The notes under the pieces: model-generated
Told to the model about the DNA's origin: nothing
Databases searched by the model: none
What the model saw: only the letters and a program-made list of their open reading frames with translations
Origin: a bacterium
Lineage (GTDB): Bacteria; Patescibacteriota; Doudnabacteria; UBA920
Assembly: GCA_021825655.1 (NCBI GenBank)
Contig: JAKAGU010000001.1
Span: 50,358 to 114,357 of the forward strand
Length of the DNA: 64,000 bases
Direction: 5' to 3'
Position numbers and translations under genes: made by a program
Shown here: one piece after another, positions 1-8,362 of the stretch
How positions within the stretch are numbered: position 1 is the first letter of the stretch
Layout of the letters: the number at the start of each line of letters is the position of its first letter

Positions 1-185
1 GCCACCAACAGCACGCCATTTTTCAAATCCATGGCCCGGGTTAAGTCTTTAGCTTCAAGAATGAACCCTGAAGCGGCCTTTTCCCAATTCTTTAGAACCT
101 TATACCGATTAAAGGCTCCAACCAGTTTTTTTTCTTTGGCCGCATGACCAATAGCGCGCTCCAGGCTTTCAAATGATTTGTACAT
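1..185 (-). CDS. DUF721/DciA-family protein, 5' part (runs off window)
   Basis: Read by hand from ATG at 185: MYKSFESLERAIGHAAKEKKLVGAFNRYKVLKNWEKAASGFILEAKDLTRAMDLKNGVLLV...; W...G-x-L-x-V pattern and position just downstream of recF are typical of DUF721. Confidence 0.7.
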   Translation of the reverse strand, partial: MYKSFESLERAIGHAAKEKKLVGAFNRYKVLKNWEKAASGFILEAKDLTRAMDLKNGVLLV

Positions 186-207
186 TGTGTTTGTTTTTTA
201 AATAAAT

Positions 208-1302
208 TTATTCCTGCGGTTTCTCCTCCACCGTAGCCGGGCTCAGAGTAATATGCTGGGCGGGCATTTCCAGGGGGTGGGTGGTGGTGATAAAAGTTTG
301 AAAACGGTTTTGCAGGTACTTCAGCAAAAAGGTTCTGCGGGTATCGTCCAGTTCGGAAAGCACGTCATCTAAAAGCAAAATCGGCTTATCTTCTCCGCGG
401 CTCAGGTAGTCGAGTTCCAAAATTTTTAAAGCCAATACCTGGCTTCTGAGTTCGCCGCGGGAAGAAAACGGGGACAAAAATAAGCCCTCGCTTTTCAAAG
501 AAAAATCGTCCCGGTGAGGCCCGACCAGGCAGGAACCGGCTAACGTTTCCCTGCTTTTTAGCGCTTCGAGTTTGACGCTAAAAGCCTGAGTTATTTCCTC
601 TAAAGTTTCGCCGGCTAAACTGTCGTAAGTCACCTCAACGGGCCGATGGAACCCCGAGATGGTGGTGTAAATATCGGAGATGCTTTGGTTGAGAAAATTT
701 ATAAACTGGCGGCGGGCAAAAATCAAACGGCTGCCAAGTGCCACCAACTGCTGGTTCCACTCGTGCAGGCTGTTTACCGCCCCGGTGTTGCCTGCGCGAA
801 TATCGGCCAACAGGCGGTTTTTTTGGTAAAGAACTTTTTTATACTGGGCAATGTCTTCCAGGTACTCCGGGCTTTTTTGGGAAAGCACCATGTTCAAATA
901 CTTGCGCCGGGTTTCGGGCGACTTGCTGAACATGTCCACGTCCGATGGGTCAAAAATAACCACCCGTAAAAACCCCTGGGCTTCGCGCCTTTTGGTTTTT
1001 ACCCCGTCAATTAAAAAATTGGCGTAAATTTTTTCCCGTCTGGAAAGGAAAATATCCAGCTGATGGCTCTCCCCTTCTCTTTCCACCAACATGCGGATTT
1101 CGGCACTAGCGGAGTCTTTTAAAAAAATAAATTCGTTATCGTCCCGAAAAGACTTGAATAAAGAGGCAAAATAGATGGACTCCAGCAGGTTGGTTTTACC
1201 CACGGCGTTCGGCCCGGTCAAAACCACCGTGTCGCTGGAAATTTTTAAATCTAAATCGGGGTAATTGCGGAAGTTTTTTATCTGAATATTTTTTACTTTC
1301 AT
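208..1302 (-). CDS. recF: DNA replication/repair protein RecF
   Basis: NFRNY, Walker A GPNAVGKTN, GPHRDD, SRGELRS, LLLDDVLSELD; follows dnaN. Confidence 0.97.
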   Translation of the reverse strand: MKVKNIQIKNFRNYPDLDLKISSDTVVLTGPNAVGKTNLLESIYFASLFKSFRDDNEFIFLKDSASAEIRMLVEREGESHQLDIFLSRREKIYANFLIDGVKTKRREAQGFLRVVIFDPSDVDMFSKSPETRRKYLNMVLSQKSPEYLEDIAQYKKVLYQKNRLLADIRAGNTGAVNSLHEWNQQLVALGSRLIFARRQFINFLNQSISDIYTTISGFHRPVEVTYDSLAGETLEEITQAFSVKLEALKSRETLAGSCLVGPHRDDFSLKSEGLFLSPFSSRGELRSQVLALKILELDYLSRGEDKPILLLDDVLSELDDTRRTFLLKYLQNRFQTFITTTHPLEMPAQHITLSPATVEEKPQE

Positions 1303-1306
1303 GAAA

Positions 1307-2407
1307 TTAGTTCTTGATGGGCATTACCAAATAAAGATAACTGTCATTGTTTTCAGGGGTAAGCAGGCTGGGAGAACTGTCGTTGGTAACTTTTATAACC
1401 ACGTTTTCAGCAGTCAGGTTAGCCAAGCACTCCAACAGATAGTGAAAGTTCACCATCAGTCCCCCGTTTTGGCCTTCCACCCGCGAAGGCAGCTCCACTA
1501 CGCTTTTCCCCAACTCACCAGACTCGGTGTGCAGAACCAAAGCCTGGGCGCTGCTGTCATACTCAACCTTAACACTGGCGTTGTTTTGGCTAAACACCCC
1601 ACCCGCCCGCAAGCCATTAACCAAAGCCTGGCGGTTGGTGGTAATGGTGGTGGTGAACTCGCTGGGAATAATTTGTTCATAAGGCGGATATTCCCCGTCA
1701 ATTAAGCGGCTGACAATCTGGGTGTTGTTTAAAGTAAAAGAAATCTGGGTCTCGTTTACGGCAATCTGCACCTGGCCTTCTTGGGTACCAATATTCCTGG
1801 ACAGCTCAATGATTGTTTTTTGGGGTAGGATCAAACTGTGCGGTAGGTTGGGGTTTTCGCTTAAATTCAGCTTTTTTTCTGCCAGGCGGTACCGGTCGGT
1901 GGCAGCAATTTTCAAAACACCACCCTCAGTCTTAAACAATACCCCGGAAATTTCCGGCTGGGTTTGGTTGGTAGAAACCGCAAACACCACCTGGGTTAGG
2001 GCCTGCTTCAGCTCTTGGGAGGAAAGGGAGAAGTTTTTTACATTTTCCACCTCTGGTATCAGCGGGAACTCTTCCGCGGGCAAGGTCTTGATGGTGGTGT
2101 GGTAATTTTCTGTTTCCACCGACAACTCTGTTTCTTTGGTTTCAAGGGTAATGTTTTTGTTGGGAAGGCTACCAACCAGGTCACTTAGGGTTTTACAAGC
2201 TACTGTAACAACCCCCTCTTCTTCCACCTTGCACCTCACATAGGTTGTTACCGCAATCTCCAGGTTGGTTGAAGATATTTTCAGCAAGCCATTCTCGGTT
2301 TTTAACAACACGTTGCTTAAAATCGGCAGACTTACACTTGAAGAAATAATTCTTCCCACAGAGACTAAACCGGTTTTTAGGTTTTCCTGGGTGCAGATTA
2401 CTTTCAT
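1307..2407 (-). CDS. dnaN: DNA polymerase III beta sliding clamp
   Basis: 366 aa; ATDRYRLA, SRLIDGEYP, C-terminal LVMPI; downstream of dnaA. Confidence 0.98.
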   Translation of the reverse strand: MKVICTQENLKTGLVSVGRIISSSVSLPILSNVLLKTENGLLKISSTNLEIAVTTYVRCKVEEEGVVTVACKTLSDLVGSLPNKNITLETKETELSVETENYHTTIKTLPAEEFPLIPEVENVKNFSLSSQELKQALTQVVFAVSTNQTQPEISGVLFKTEGGVLKIAATDRYRLAEKKLNLSENPNLPHSLILPQKTIIELSRNIGTQEGQVQIAVNETQISFTLNNTQIVSRLIDGEYPPYEQIIPSEFTTTITTNRQALVNGLRAGGVFSQNNASVKVEYDSSAQALVLHTESGELGKSVVELPSRVEGQNGGLMVNFHYLLECLANLTAENVVIKVTNDSSPSLLTPENNDSYLYLVMPIKN

Positions 2408-2632
2408 ATATTTATATATAAATAATTTAATACAAAATAATAATAAGCGCTGTGGATTTGTGGATTAGCGGGATATACCAGTAATTTATCAATTTTTTCG
2501 TTTTGGCTTGTTGATAAAACAAGAACAAGTGTGGAAGATTTTATCCGCAGGAAAGTGAAGAAGAAACAAAAAACTTCATCCCCAACAATACCAACAGACA
2601 ACTACCATACAAATACACAACCTTACCCCCAG
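2408..2632. other. oriC unwinding region (DnaA boxes, GC cluster, DnaA-trios, AT-rich DUE)
   Basis: DnaA-box-like TGTGGATTT 2451-2459, TGTGGATTA 2459-2467, TTATCCGCA 2541-2549; the minus strand reads TAATCCACA-AATCCACA-GCGC-TTATTATTAT then an AT-rich tract to the dnaN start. Confidence 0.75.
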
Positions 2633-3979
2633 CTATATAAACAGTTTATCCAGAATTAAATCCATCTCCTGTTTGAAGCCGTCTTTATCCTTAACTAAAG
2701 TCTCCATTTTTTCTACTGCATGCATTACAGTCGTGTGGTCACGCCCCCCAAAAAAATCACCAATTGAAGGGAAGGAGCTGTCCAGCTCCCGGCGAATAAG
2801 ATACATGGCTATCTGCCTTGGTTTTACAAATTCTTTTTTTCGCGACTGTTTTACCAGGTCTTCCATAGAGATGTTGTAGAATTCGGCGACCACCTCGGCA
2901 ATTTTTTTCGCTGAGGTGACTTTCTTTTTAGCCCCGACAATACTGGCCAAAATCCCTTTAGCCTGCTCCAAAACCAACCCCCGGTTATCCATTTGTTGAT
3001 AAATCGCCAGGCGGTTAAGTGCCCCTTCCAACTCTCGAACGTTATTTTGGATGTTTTCCGCGATATAAAAGAGGATTTCTTCCGGCATCTGCACCCCGCG
3101 TTTTTCCATTTTAGTGCGTAAAATTGCCATGCGGGTTTCGAGATCGGGCGCTTGGATATCCGCAATCATCCCCCACTCAAACCGGGAGATCAGCCGCTGT
3201 TCTATGGCCGGAATTTCTTTCGGCGGCCGGTCGGAGGTGATGATGATTTGCTTTCCGTTGTCGCGTAATTCGTTGAAAGTATGGAAAAATTCTTCCTGGG
3301 TGCCTTCCTTGCCCGCCAAAAATTGGATATCGTCTATAAGCAAAGCATCCACTTCACGGTAGGCTTTTTTAAAATCATCCATGCGCTTCTGGCTGATAGC
3401 GTTAATATAGTCGTTGGTAAATTTTTCACTTGTAACATATAGAATTTTTTTATGGCTGGATTCCAGAATGCGGTGCCCCACAGCCTGCATTAAATGGGTT
3501 TTACCTAAACCCACCCCGCCGTAAATGAAGAGCGGGTTGTATTGCGTGCCCGGATTTTTTGCCACAGCCTGGCTGGCTGCGTGGGCAAGCTCGTTATTTT
3601 TTCCGATTATCAGGGTTTCAAAAGTGTATTTTGGGTTTAAACCAGAGGTAAAAGCCGAGGGTCTCTCCTTGGTAAGGCCGGCACTCTCGGATTTTTTGAA
3701 CATATTGGTTTGCTGGCTGGCCTGTGTTGTGGGTTGGTTGCCAAGTTGGTATCTAATTTCTTTAATCTCTGGGGCAATCCCTTTCAGGCTTTTAAGCATT
3801 TCTTGGTGGTACTTAGCAGAAATCCAGTCGCGGTTGAAAGCGCTGGGTACGCCGATGATGATATGGTCCGCACCTCTTTCTAGGATGAGTGTGTTCTTAA
3901 ACCAGGTATTAAAGTTGGCCTTGCTCAGTGAAACTTCTAGACTGCCTAAGATTGCTTGCCAGAGCTGCTGATTAGTCAT
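2633..3979 (-). CDS. dnaA: Chromosomal replication initiator DnaA
   Basis: [43 protein letters not shown]. Confidence 0.99.
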   Translation of the reverse strand: MTNQQLWQAILGSLEVSLSKANFNTWFKNTLILERGADHIIIGVPSAFNRDWISAKYHQEMLKSLKGIAPEIKEIRYQLGNQPTTQASQQTNMFKKSESAGLTKERPSAFTSGLNPKYTFETLIIGKNNELAHAASQAVAKNPGTQYNPLFIYGGVGLGKTHLMQAVGHRILESSHKKILYVTSEKFTNDYINAISQKRMDDFKKAYREVDALLIDDIQFLAGKEGTQEEFFHTFNELRDNGKQIIITSDRPPKEIPAIEQRLISRFEWGMIADIQAPDLETRMAILRTKMEKRGVQMPEEILFYIAENIQNNVRELEGALNRLAIYQQMDNRGLVLEQAKGILASIVGAKKKVTSAKKIAEVVAEFYNISMEDLVKQSRKKEFVKPRQIAMYLIRRELDSSFPSIGDFFGGRDHTTVMHAVEKMETLVKDKDGFKQEMDLILDKLFI

Positions 3980-4045
3980 ACTTTTGTTTCTAAAAATGGC
4001 GGTTCAATGGTTAAAAACACGTGTCTTATCTATTCTAACAGCCAG

Positions 4046-4122
4046 TTATCAACATGTAAAATTCATTTTTTTGCGCTTATTAATAAGGAAAAACTATTTA
4101 TCTGTTTATATCGTGTGGATAA
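4046..4122. promoter_or_regulatory. DnaA boxes in the dnaA-rpmH intergenic region
   Basis: Perfect TGTGGATAA 4114-4122; TTATCAACA 4046-4054 (1 mismatch). Confidence 0.7.
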
Positions 4123-4234
4123 ATTGTGGGTTGGTCCAGGTTCCGAATTATCTTTGGCTTAGAATTGACTTTAACACCTGTTTTTTAGTATAATTAGCCA
4201 AGATATTATTAAAAAGTGAGAGAGGATTTCGCGT

Positions 4235-4369
4235 ATGAAGCGAACTTATCAACCCAAAGTTAAGCGCAGAAAGCGCAGGCATGGTTTCATGAAGCGCATG
4301 CAAACCAAAACCGGCCGCAATGTTTTGGCCAGAAGAAGGGCAAAAGGCAGAAAAAAATTGAGCGTTTAA
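4235..4369 (+). CDS. rpmH: 50S ribosomal protein L34 (not in ORF track)
   Basis: [44 protein letters not shown]; divergent from dnaA. Confidence 0.98.
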   Translation: MKRTYQPKVKRRKRRHGFMKRMQTKTGRNVLARRRAKGRKKLSV

Positions 4370-4381
4370 TTTTTCAGAGTG

Positions 4382-4735
4382 ATGTTTAAAAAAGAACACC
4401 GCCTGGCCAAAACCAAAGATGTAAAAGCGGCATTTGAGCAAGGTCGGGGTTTTTTTAACCCTTATTTTTCAGTCAGGCATAATGCCAAAACAGGGCAGCA
4501 AAGGCGTTTTACAGTCGTGGTTTCTACTAAAGTGTCAAAAAACGCCACCCGACGTAATCGTTTAAAAAGGTTAGTAAGAGAGTTTGCCCGCATAAATATG
4601 GCAAATTTTTTACCCGGTGACTATATTTTGGCCTTAAAACCAAAAGCCAACCAATTACCAGACCCAGAAGTGGTGGTGGTTTTGAGTAAGCTCCTTATCC
4701 AAGCCAAAGTTTATGAAAATAAGAGAATTGTCTAA
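4382..4735 (+). CDS. rnpA: Ribonuclease P protein component
   Basis: VVSTKVSKNATRRNRLKRLVRE (RNR motif); follows rpmH. Confidence 0.96.
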   Translation: MFKKEHRLAKTKDVKAAFEQGRGFFNPYFSVRHNAKTGQQRRFTVVVSTKVSKNATRRNRLKRLVREFARINMANFLPGDYILALKPKANQLPDPEVVVVLSKLLIQAKVYENKRIV

Positions 4736-4970
4736 AAATTTATTACTGGGATTGATTGGTTTGTACCAAAGATCCCTCTCCCCCGATCATGGCTGGTTTA
4801 AGCACCGACATCCCCATGGCTATTGTCGGTTTTACCCGAGTTGCAGCGAGTATGCTCGCCAGGCGGTAACCAAGCACGGCGCGGTTAAGGGGGCTGGTTT
4901 GAGCGCAGCACGGCTCTTAAGGTGCCACCCCTGGGCTCAGCCGAAGGTTGACAATGTACCCAATTCTTAA
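4713..4970 (+). CDS. yidD: Membrane protein insertion efficiency factor YidD
   Basis: CRFYPSCSEY...RLLRCHPW. Confidence 0.96.
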   Translation: MKIRELSKNLLLGLIGLYQRSLSPDHGWFKHRHPHGYCRFYPSCSEYARQAVTKHGAVKGAGLSAARLLRCHPWAQPKVDNVPNS

Positions 4971-4985
4971 TTTTAAACCAAACCC

Positions 4986-5696
4986 ATGTTTCTTGTTTCT
5001 CTGTACAACGAAATCATCTATCGTCCCCTTCTAAACCTTTTGGTTTATTTTTACCACTACATTCCCGATATTGGAGTGGTGATTGTGCTTTTAACCATAC
5101 TGATTAGGCTGCTTATGGCGCCCAGCTTCCATAAGTCTTTAAAGAGCCAGAAGGCAATGACCGAGCTGCAGCCTAAGCTTAATGAGGTTAAGGAAAAGTA
5201 TAAGGATGACAAGGAAGGCCAGGCGCGGGCTATGATGCAGTTGTATAAAGACCACCAAATTAACCCGCTTTCTTCCTGTTTGCCTCTTTTGGTCCAGTTT
5301 CCCATCTTAATTGCCCTTTATCAGGTTTTCAGCAAGGCTTTAAACAATCACTTAACCGGTTTGTATGCTTTTGTACCCAAACCGGAGACCATCAACCCCT
5401 TCTTTTTACACCTAATGGATTTGTCCAAACCCAGCATAGTTTTGGGCGTGCTAGCCGGCTTGGCCCAGTTCTGGCAGTCGAAAATGATGCTGCCCAAAAC
5501 TTCAGCAGCTTCGCAGGATGCAACCACCAAAGCAATTCAGATGCAAACCACCTATTTTTTGCCTATTGTTTCCGTGGTGATTGCCATTAAGTTGCCGGCT
5601 GGCCTGCCTTTGTACTGGCTGGTGACAACTCTCTTCGCCGTCGGCCAGCAGTATTGGCTGGTGAAAAGACAGCAACCCCAGGCTCCGCGTTCTTAA
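4986..5696 (+). CDS. yidC: YidC/Oxa1 membrane insertase (short form)
   Basis: LQPKL, INPLSSCLPLLVQFPILIALY, LPAGLPLYW. Confidence 0.96.
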   Translation: MFLVSLYNEIIYRPLLNLLVYFYHYIPDIGVVIVLLTILIRLLMAPSFHKSLKSQKAMTELQPKLNEVKEKYKDDKEGQARAMMQLYKDHQINPLSSCLPLLVQFPILIALYQVFSKALNNHLTGLYAFVPKPETINPFFLHLMDLSKPSIVLGVLAGLAQFWQSKMMLPKTSAASQDATTKAIQMQTTYFLPIVSVVIAIKLPAGLPLYWLVTTLFAVGQQYWLVKRQQPQAPRS

Positions 5697-5764
5697 ATTT
5701 TGGCGATTAGTTTCAGCGGCCATACTTTTCGCCGCTGGCTACTAATTACTAAATCTCGAAATCC

Positions 5765-6235
5765 ATGACCGACTACAATAAGATAGAAGCCGTCAAACAG
5801 ATAATCGGCCAAACCTTAGACCATCTCGGCGTACCCGGCAAGGTGGAGTTTGAAGAAAGTATTACCAAAGGGCTGATTTTTAATATTTCTTCCCCGGAAT
5901 CTTTTATGTTGATCGGCCGCCAGGGCGCCACCCTGCATGCTTTGCAGGTTTTGGTGCAGAATATCGCCGTCAAACAATTGGGCGGCCAGGAGCCGTTTTG
6001 GTTTACCTTAGACGTGGATGATTATAAGCGCAAGCGGGAATGGTATTTGAAAGAAACAGCCAAAGCTGCGGTAGACCATTTGAAAAAAACCGATAAGCCG
6101 GTGCGGCTGGAGTCGATGCCGGCTTACGAGCGCCGGTTTGTACATGCTTATCTGCAGGAGCATTTTCCCGATGTGGAAAGCGAGAGCCAGGGCGAAGACC
6201 CCCATCGGAAAATTGTTATTCGGTTTAGACGCTAA
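5765..6235 (+). CDS. jag: Jag/KhpB-like RNA-binding protein (KH + R3H)
   Basis: LIGRQGATLHALQ (KH), MPAYERRFVH (R3H); follows yidC. Confidence 0.9.
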   Translation: MTDYNKIEAVKQIIGQTLDHLGVPGKVEFEESITKGLIFNISSPESFMLIGRQGATLHALQVLVQNIAVKQLGGQEPFWFTLDVDDYKRKREWYLKETAKAAVDHLKKTDKPVRLESMPAYERRFVHAYLQEHFPDVESESQGEDPHRKIVIRFRR

Positions 6236-6244
6236 CCCATTTAA

Positions 6245-6277
6245 AAAACCCCGTCCTCCTTAGGAGGACGGGGTTTT
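6245..6277. terminator. Bidirectional intrinsic terminator
   Basis: AAAACCCCGTCCTCC-tta-GGAGGACGGGGTTTT between convergent genes. Confidence 0.85.
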
Positions 6278-6280
6278 ATT

Positions 6281-7165
6281 TTAAGCCAGCGGGATGGTGT
6301 CTGAAATGTTTTCTTGGTGCGAAAAGTCTGTTTGCAGTTTTTTTACGTCTTCGGGCGCCATTGCCCAATCTAAAGCCCCCAGGTTTTCTTTTAAATGTTC
6401 CTGGTTGCTGGTTTTGGTCAGGGTAACAACGTTGGGTTGCATAACTAGCCAGTTGATGGCAATTTGGGCAGGTGTTTTTTTGTATTTGCCACACAACTTT
6501 TGAATCAAAGGTTCGCTGTCCAGGTCGGTTTTTCCTCGGGTAAGACTGCCCATGCCCAGCGGGCGCCAAGCAACCAGAAAAATGTCATTCGCCTGGCAAT
6601 ATTCAAGCAGTCCGGACTTTTCAGGTTCTCTAAACCTTACGCTGTAGTGGACCTGGGTTGCCTCAATAGGGTGCCGGGCCAGGTCCTGGGCCTGTTTGGT
6701 GTGCTCAAGGTTGAAATTACTGATACCCAGGTGTTTAATCAGCCCTTCATCAGCCAGCTCGTCCAAAGCTTTCATGCACTCCCCAATTTTTTCCTCTCCG
6801 GGGTAGCGGTGGAGGTAATAAAGGTCCAAGTAATCCGTGCCCAGTCTTTTTAAACTTGCCAAAGCCGCTTTTTTGATGTCCTGGTAGTTTAAGTGGGTCT
6901 GTTGCGCTTTGGAAGAAATAAATAGTTTTTTTCTGTCCTGGCCTAAAATTGCCTGGCCCACAAATTTTTCAGCCTGCCCGGCGGCGTAAACTTCGGCCGT
7001 ATCGATTGCGGTAATGCCTGAGTTAAGGGCTGATTTTATGGCCCCAATGTCTTTTAAATCGTCGTTATTTGGATCAGGTTCGTTGCGCCCGCCCATTGCC
7101 CAAGTGCCCAGTCCTAGCACGGGCAGCTCAAGTCCGGTTTTAAGTTTTTTTATGGGGATACTCAC
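6281..7165 (-). CDS. Aldo/keto reductase
   Basis: LGLGTW, IDTAEVY, SLKRLGTDYLDLYYLH, GISNF. Confidence 0.93.
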   Translation of the reverse strand: MSIPIKKLKTGLELPVLGLGTWAMGGRNEPDPNNDDLKDIGAIKSALNSGITAIDTAEVYAAGQAEKFVGQAILGQDRKKLFISSKAQQTHLNYQDIKKAALASLKRLGTDYLDLYYLHRYPGEEKIGECMKALDELADEGLIKHLGISNFNLEHTKQAQDLARHPIEATQVHYSVRFREPEKSGLLEYCQANDIFLVAWRPLGMGSLTRGKTDLDSEPLIQKLCGKYKKTPAQIAINWLVMQPNVVTLTKTSNQEHLKENLGALDWAMAPEDVKKLQTDFSHQENISDTIPLA

Positions 7166-7168
7166 GGT

Positions 7169-8359
7169 CTAGATGATTAAGGAGAGGGTGAGCCAAAATA
7201 TTAACGCCAAATCATTTTTAAAATATGGGTTGTCAATCTGGCCTTGGACCAGCAGGGTTATTATAAACAGCACCGCTCCTAAGCCGAAGGCGTTCCGGCG
7301 GTTTTTAACGCCCTGGTACAGCGCCAGAACAGATAAGCCAATAAAGCTTAACATGCCCAACAGTCCGGTTTCCACCCAAAAATCCAAGAAGATGTTGTGG
7401 GGGAAATTGTGCGTGTCCAGGTTGGGGTCGGTGTTGAGCTGCGGCCATTTTGTGGCAAAGCCGGTTAATCCCAAGCCGAAAATCGGTGACTGTTTTACGC
7501 CCTTAAGCCCTGTATTCCAGAGCGATAGGCGCGATACGGCCGATTTCTCGCCCAGGAAAGGCAAGATTACTCGATAACGGAGGTTGGGGGTAATTAATAC
7601 TATACCCGCCAGCGCCACGCCCGCCAGCAAAGCTGCGTACCTGAGCTTTTTATCTCCAGCGATTAGCACGTACAAGCCTATCCCCACTGCCAAACCCAAC
7701 CAGCCGGCCCGGGACATGGACAAAAATAACCCGACTGCTCCGAGCAGCCAGAACATAAAAAGTTTTTGGGTTAGCGGCAGGTGTTTGTAGCTGCGCACCC
7801 GTTCCATGAGGTCGGGCACCAGAAAAGCGAGCAATGGGGCGCTAAATAAAGCATAAAAATTTGGGTGCCCAAAAAAACCCAGTGCGCGCTTGGGTTCTAC
7901 GGCATTGCCCCAGTATTGGGGCGGCAGGCCGAAAAGCGTAAAGTATTGGACAATTGACCAGACGCCCATAATTCCCAGCAGCAAATAGGCGGCGTAAGTC
8001 CAAGCGTTTTTTGTGCCAGGGTTTCTGTGGAAAAGGTAGCCAAATAAAAAGAACAGGCTGATAGGCTGGAAAATAAGCACGATAAATTGCCCCAGGTTTT
8101 TTTGGGAAAAGCCCGGAACAAAAAGCGAGATCGCGCCTGCCAAAAAAAACAGGCCTACCAGCCCCAGCCACCATTTATTTAAGGACTTCAGCCAGAACCA
8201 AAAATCAGCCAGTTTTTGCTGCCGGGCAAAGTAATAGGCGAAACATAGCCAAACCAAGGCCACCCAAACCATTAACAGGTTTAGGGGCACTGGCCCGATG
8301 CTAAAACGTAATGCGTAAGCGGGGGCAAGGAGTAGGGTACAAAAGATTAAGTAAGACAT
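7169..8359 (-). CDS. O-antigen ligase (WaaL/Wzy_C) family membrane protein
   Basis: Multi-TM; GFFGHPNF, SMSRAGW, PIFGLG, PHNIFL. Confidence 0.85.
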   Translation of the reverse strand: MSYLIFCTLLLAPAYALRFSIGPVPLNLLMVWVALVWLCFAYYFARQQKLADFWFWLKSLNKWWLGLVGLFFLAGAISLFVPGFSQKNLGQFIVLIFQPISLFFLFGYLFHRNPGTKNAWTYAAYLLLGIMGVWSIVQYFTLFGLPPQYWGNAVEPKRALGFFGHPNFYALFSAPLLAFLVPDLMERVRSYKHLPLTQKLFMFWLLGAVGLFLSMSRAGWLGLAVGIGLYVLIAGDKKLRYAALLAGVALAGIVLITPNLRYRVILPFLGEKSAVSRLSLWNTGLKGVKQSPIFGLGLTGFATKWPQLNTDPNLDTHNFPHNIFLDFWVETGLLGMLSFIGLSVLALYQGVKNRRNAFGLGAVLFIITLLVQGQIDNPYFKNDLALIFWLTLSLII

Positions 8360-8362
8360 GGT

